Positions 63,441 to 64,000 of a stretch of DNA of 64,000 nucleotides are shown here, piece by piece. The first letter of the stretch is position 1, and each line of letters begins with the position of its first letter. The position numbers and the translations under genes were made by a program. The stretch is from NCBI GenBank assembly GCA_002633005.1, contig NMRA01000266.1, forward strand, positions 74,544 to 138,543. Direction: 5' to 3'. Source of the stretch: Phoronis australis (Eukaryota > Animalia > Phoronida). The notes below the pieces were generated by a model, which saw nothing but the letters and a program-made list of their open reading frames with translations, was not told the origin of the DNA and ran no database searches.

Positions 63441-64000
63441 TTCATAGAAGGTAAACCAACATCAATGCAGCCAGAGCGCTCAACAAAGGAACAGCGTTAT
63501 CAGAAAATCTCAAATAACCCGAAAAGTCGACTTCCTAGCGAAAAATGGAAAACATCTTCTGAAAGCCCGTTCAAAATTCTATCTAAACTGATGGTATCGC
63601 CTAATTCCGTAAATTTTTCAAAAAAATGAAATTTTGCGTTTTTTTTAAGAGATTCAAAGTCAAATAACTCGAAAACGGTAAGTCTCAGAAAAAAATTTTT
63701 ACAGGCCATTTGAAAGATAATACTTCAAAGAATCTACATGCAAAAATTCACGTCTTTTTCTCTTCCCGTTTAAAATCGCACTCCAGACGACTGAAAATGT
63801 GTCAACAGTTGCCATATCCGCCATCTTGAATGCAACTTCCGGTTTTTCGGATTTGTATAATAGCATGTTACAAGAAACTAATAGCTGTAAAAATTCGAAG
63901 GAATTGGTCTCATAATGCGCACTCTACAGGAGAAAACGTTTTTAGGCCAAAATCGAGGTGCGCATGCTCGATCGCCGATATTTCCGCAATCTTTAACCAA

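Overview
AT-rich, intron-containing eukaryotic DNA, most likely from a marine invertebrate (the taxon is an inference). It is not prokaryotic, and most ORF-track entries are spurious. Reading splice sites and phases by eye gives four genes. (1) A + strand gene for a 92-aa secreted prepropeptide (signal peptide, Trp/Asp-rich pro-region, KKKKR site, cationic 29-mer), followed by a tandem pseudogenised copy of its last exon. (2, 3) Two tandem - strand paralogues (about 400 and 380 aa) encoding secreted proteins with two CBM2-like beta-sandwich repeats, a Thr/Ser linker and a C-terminal PAN/Apple domain, with no catalytic domain. (4) The 3' part of a - strand type-I membrane protein with at least 6 Ig-like domains, one TSP1 repeat, a TM helix and a basic cytoplasmic tail of about 515 aa. 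Introns and intergenic DNA contain LINE remnants, two copies of a TTAA-flanked Kolobok-like element, hAT- and Harbinger-type MITEs, an IS3EU-like remnant, tandem repeats, microsatellites and one assembly gap. All family assignments come from motif recognition; no searches were run.
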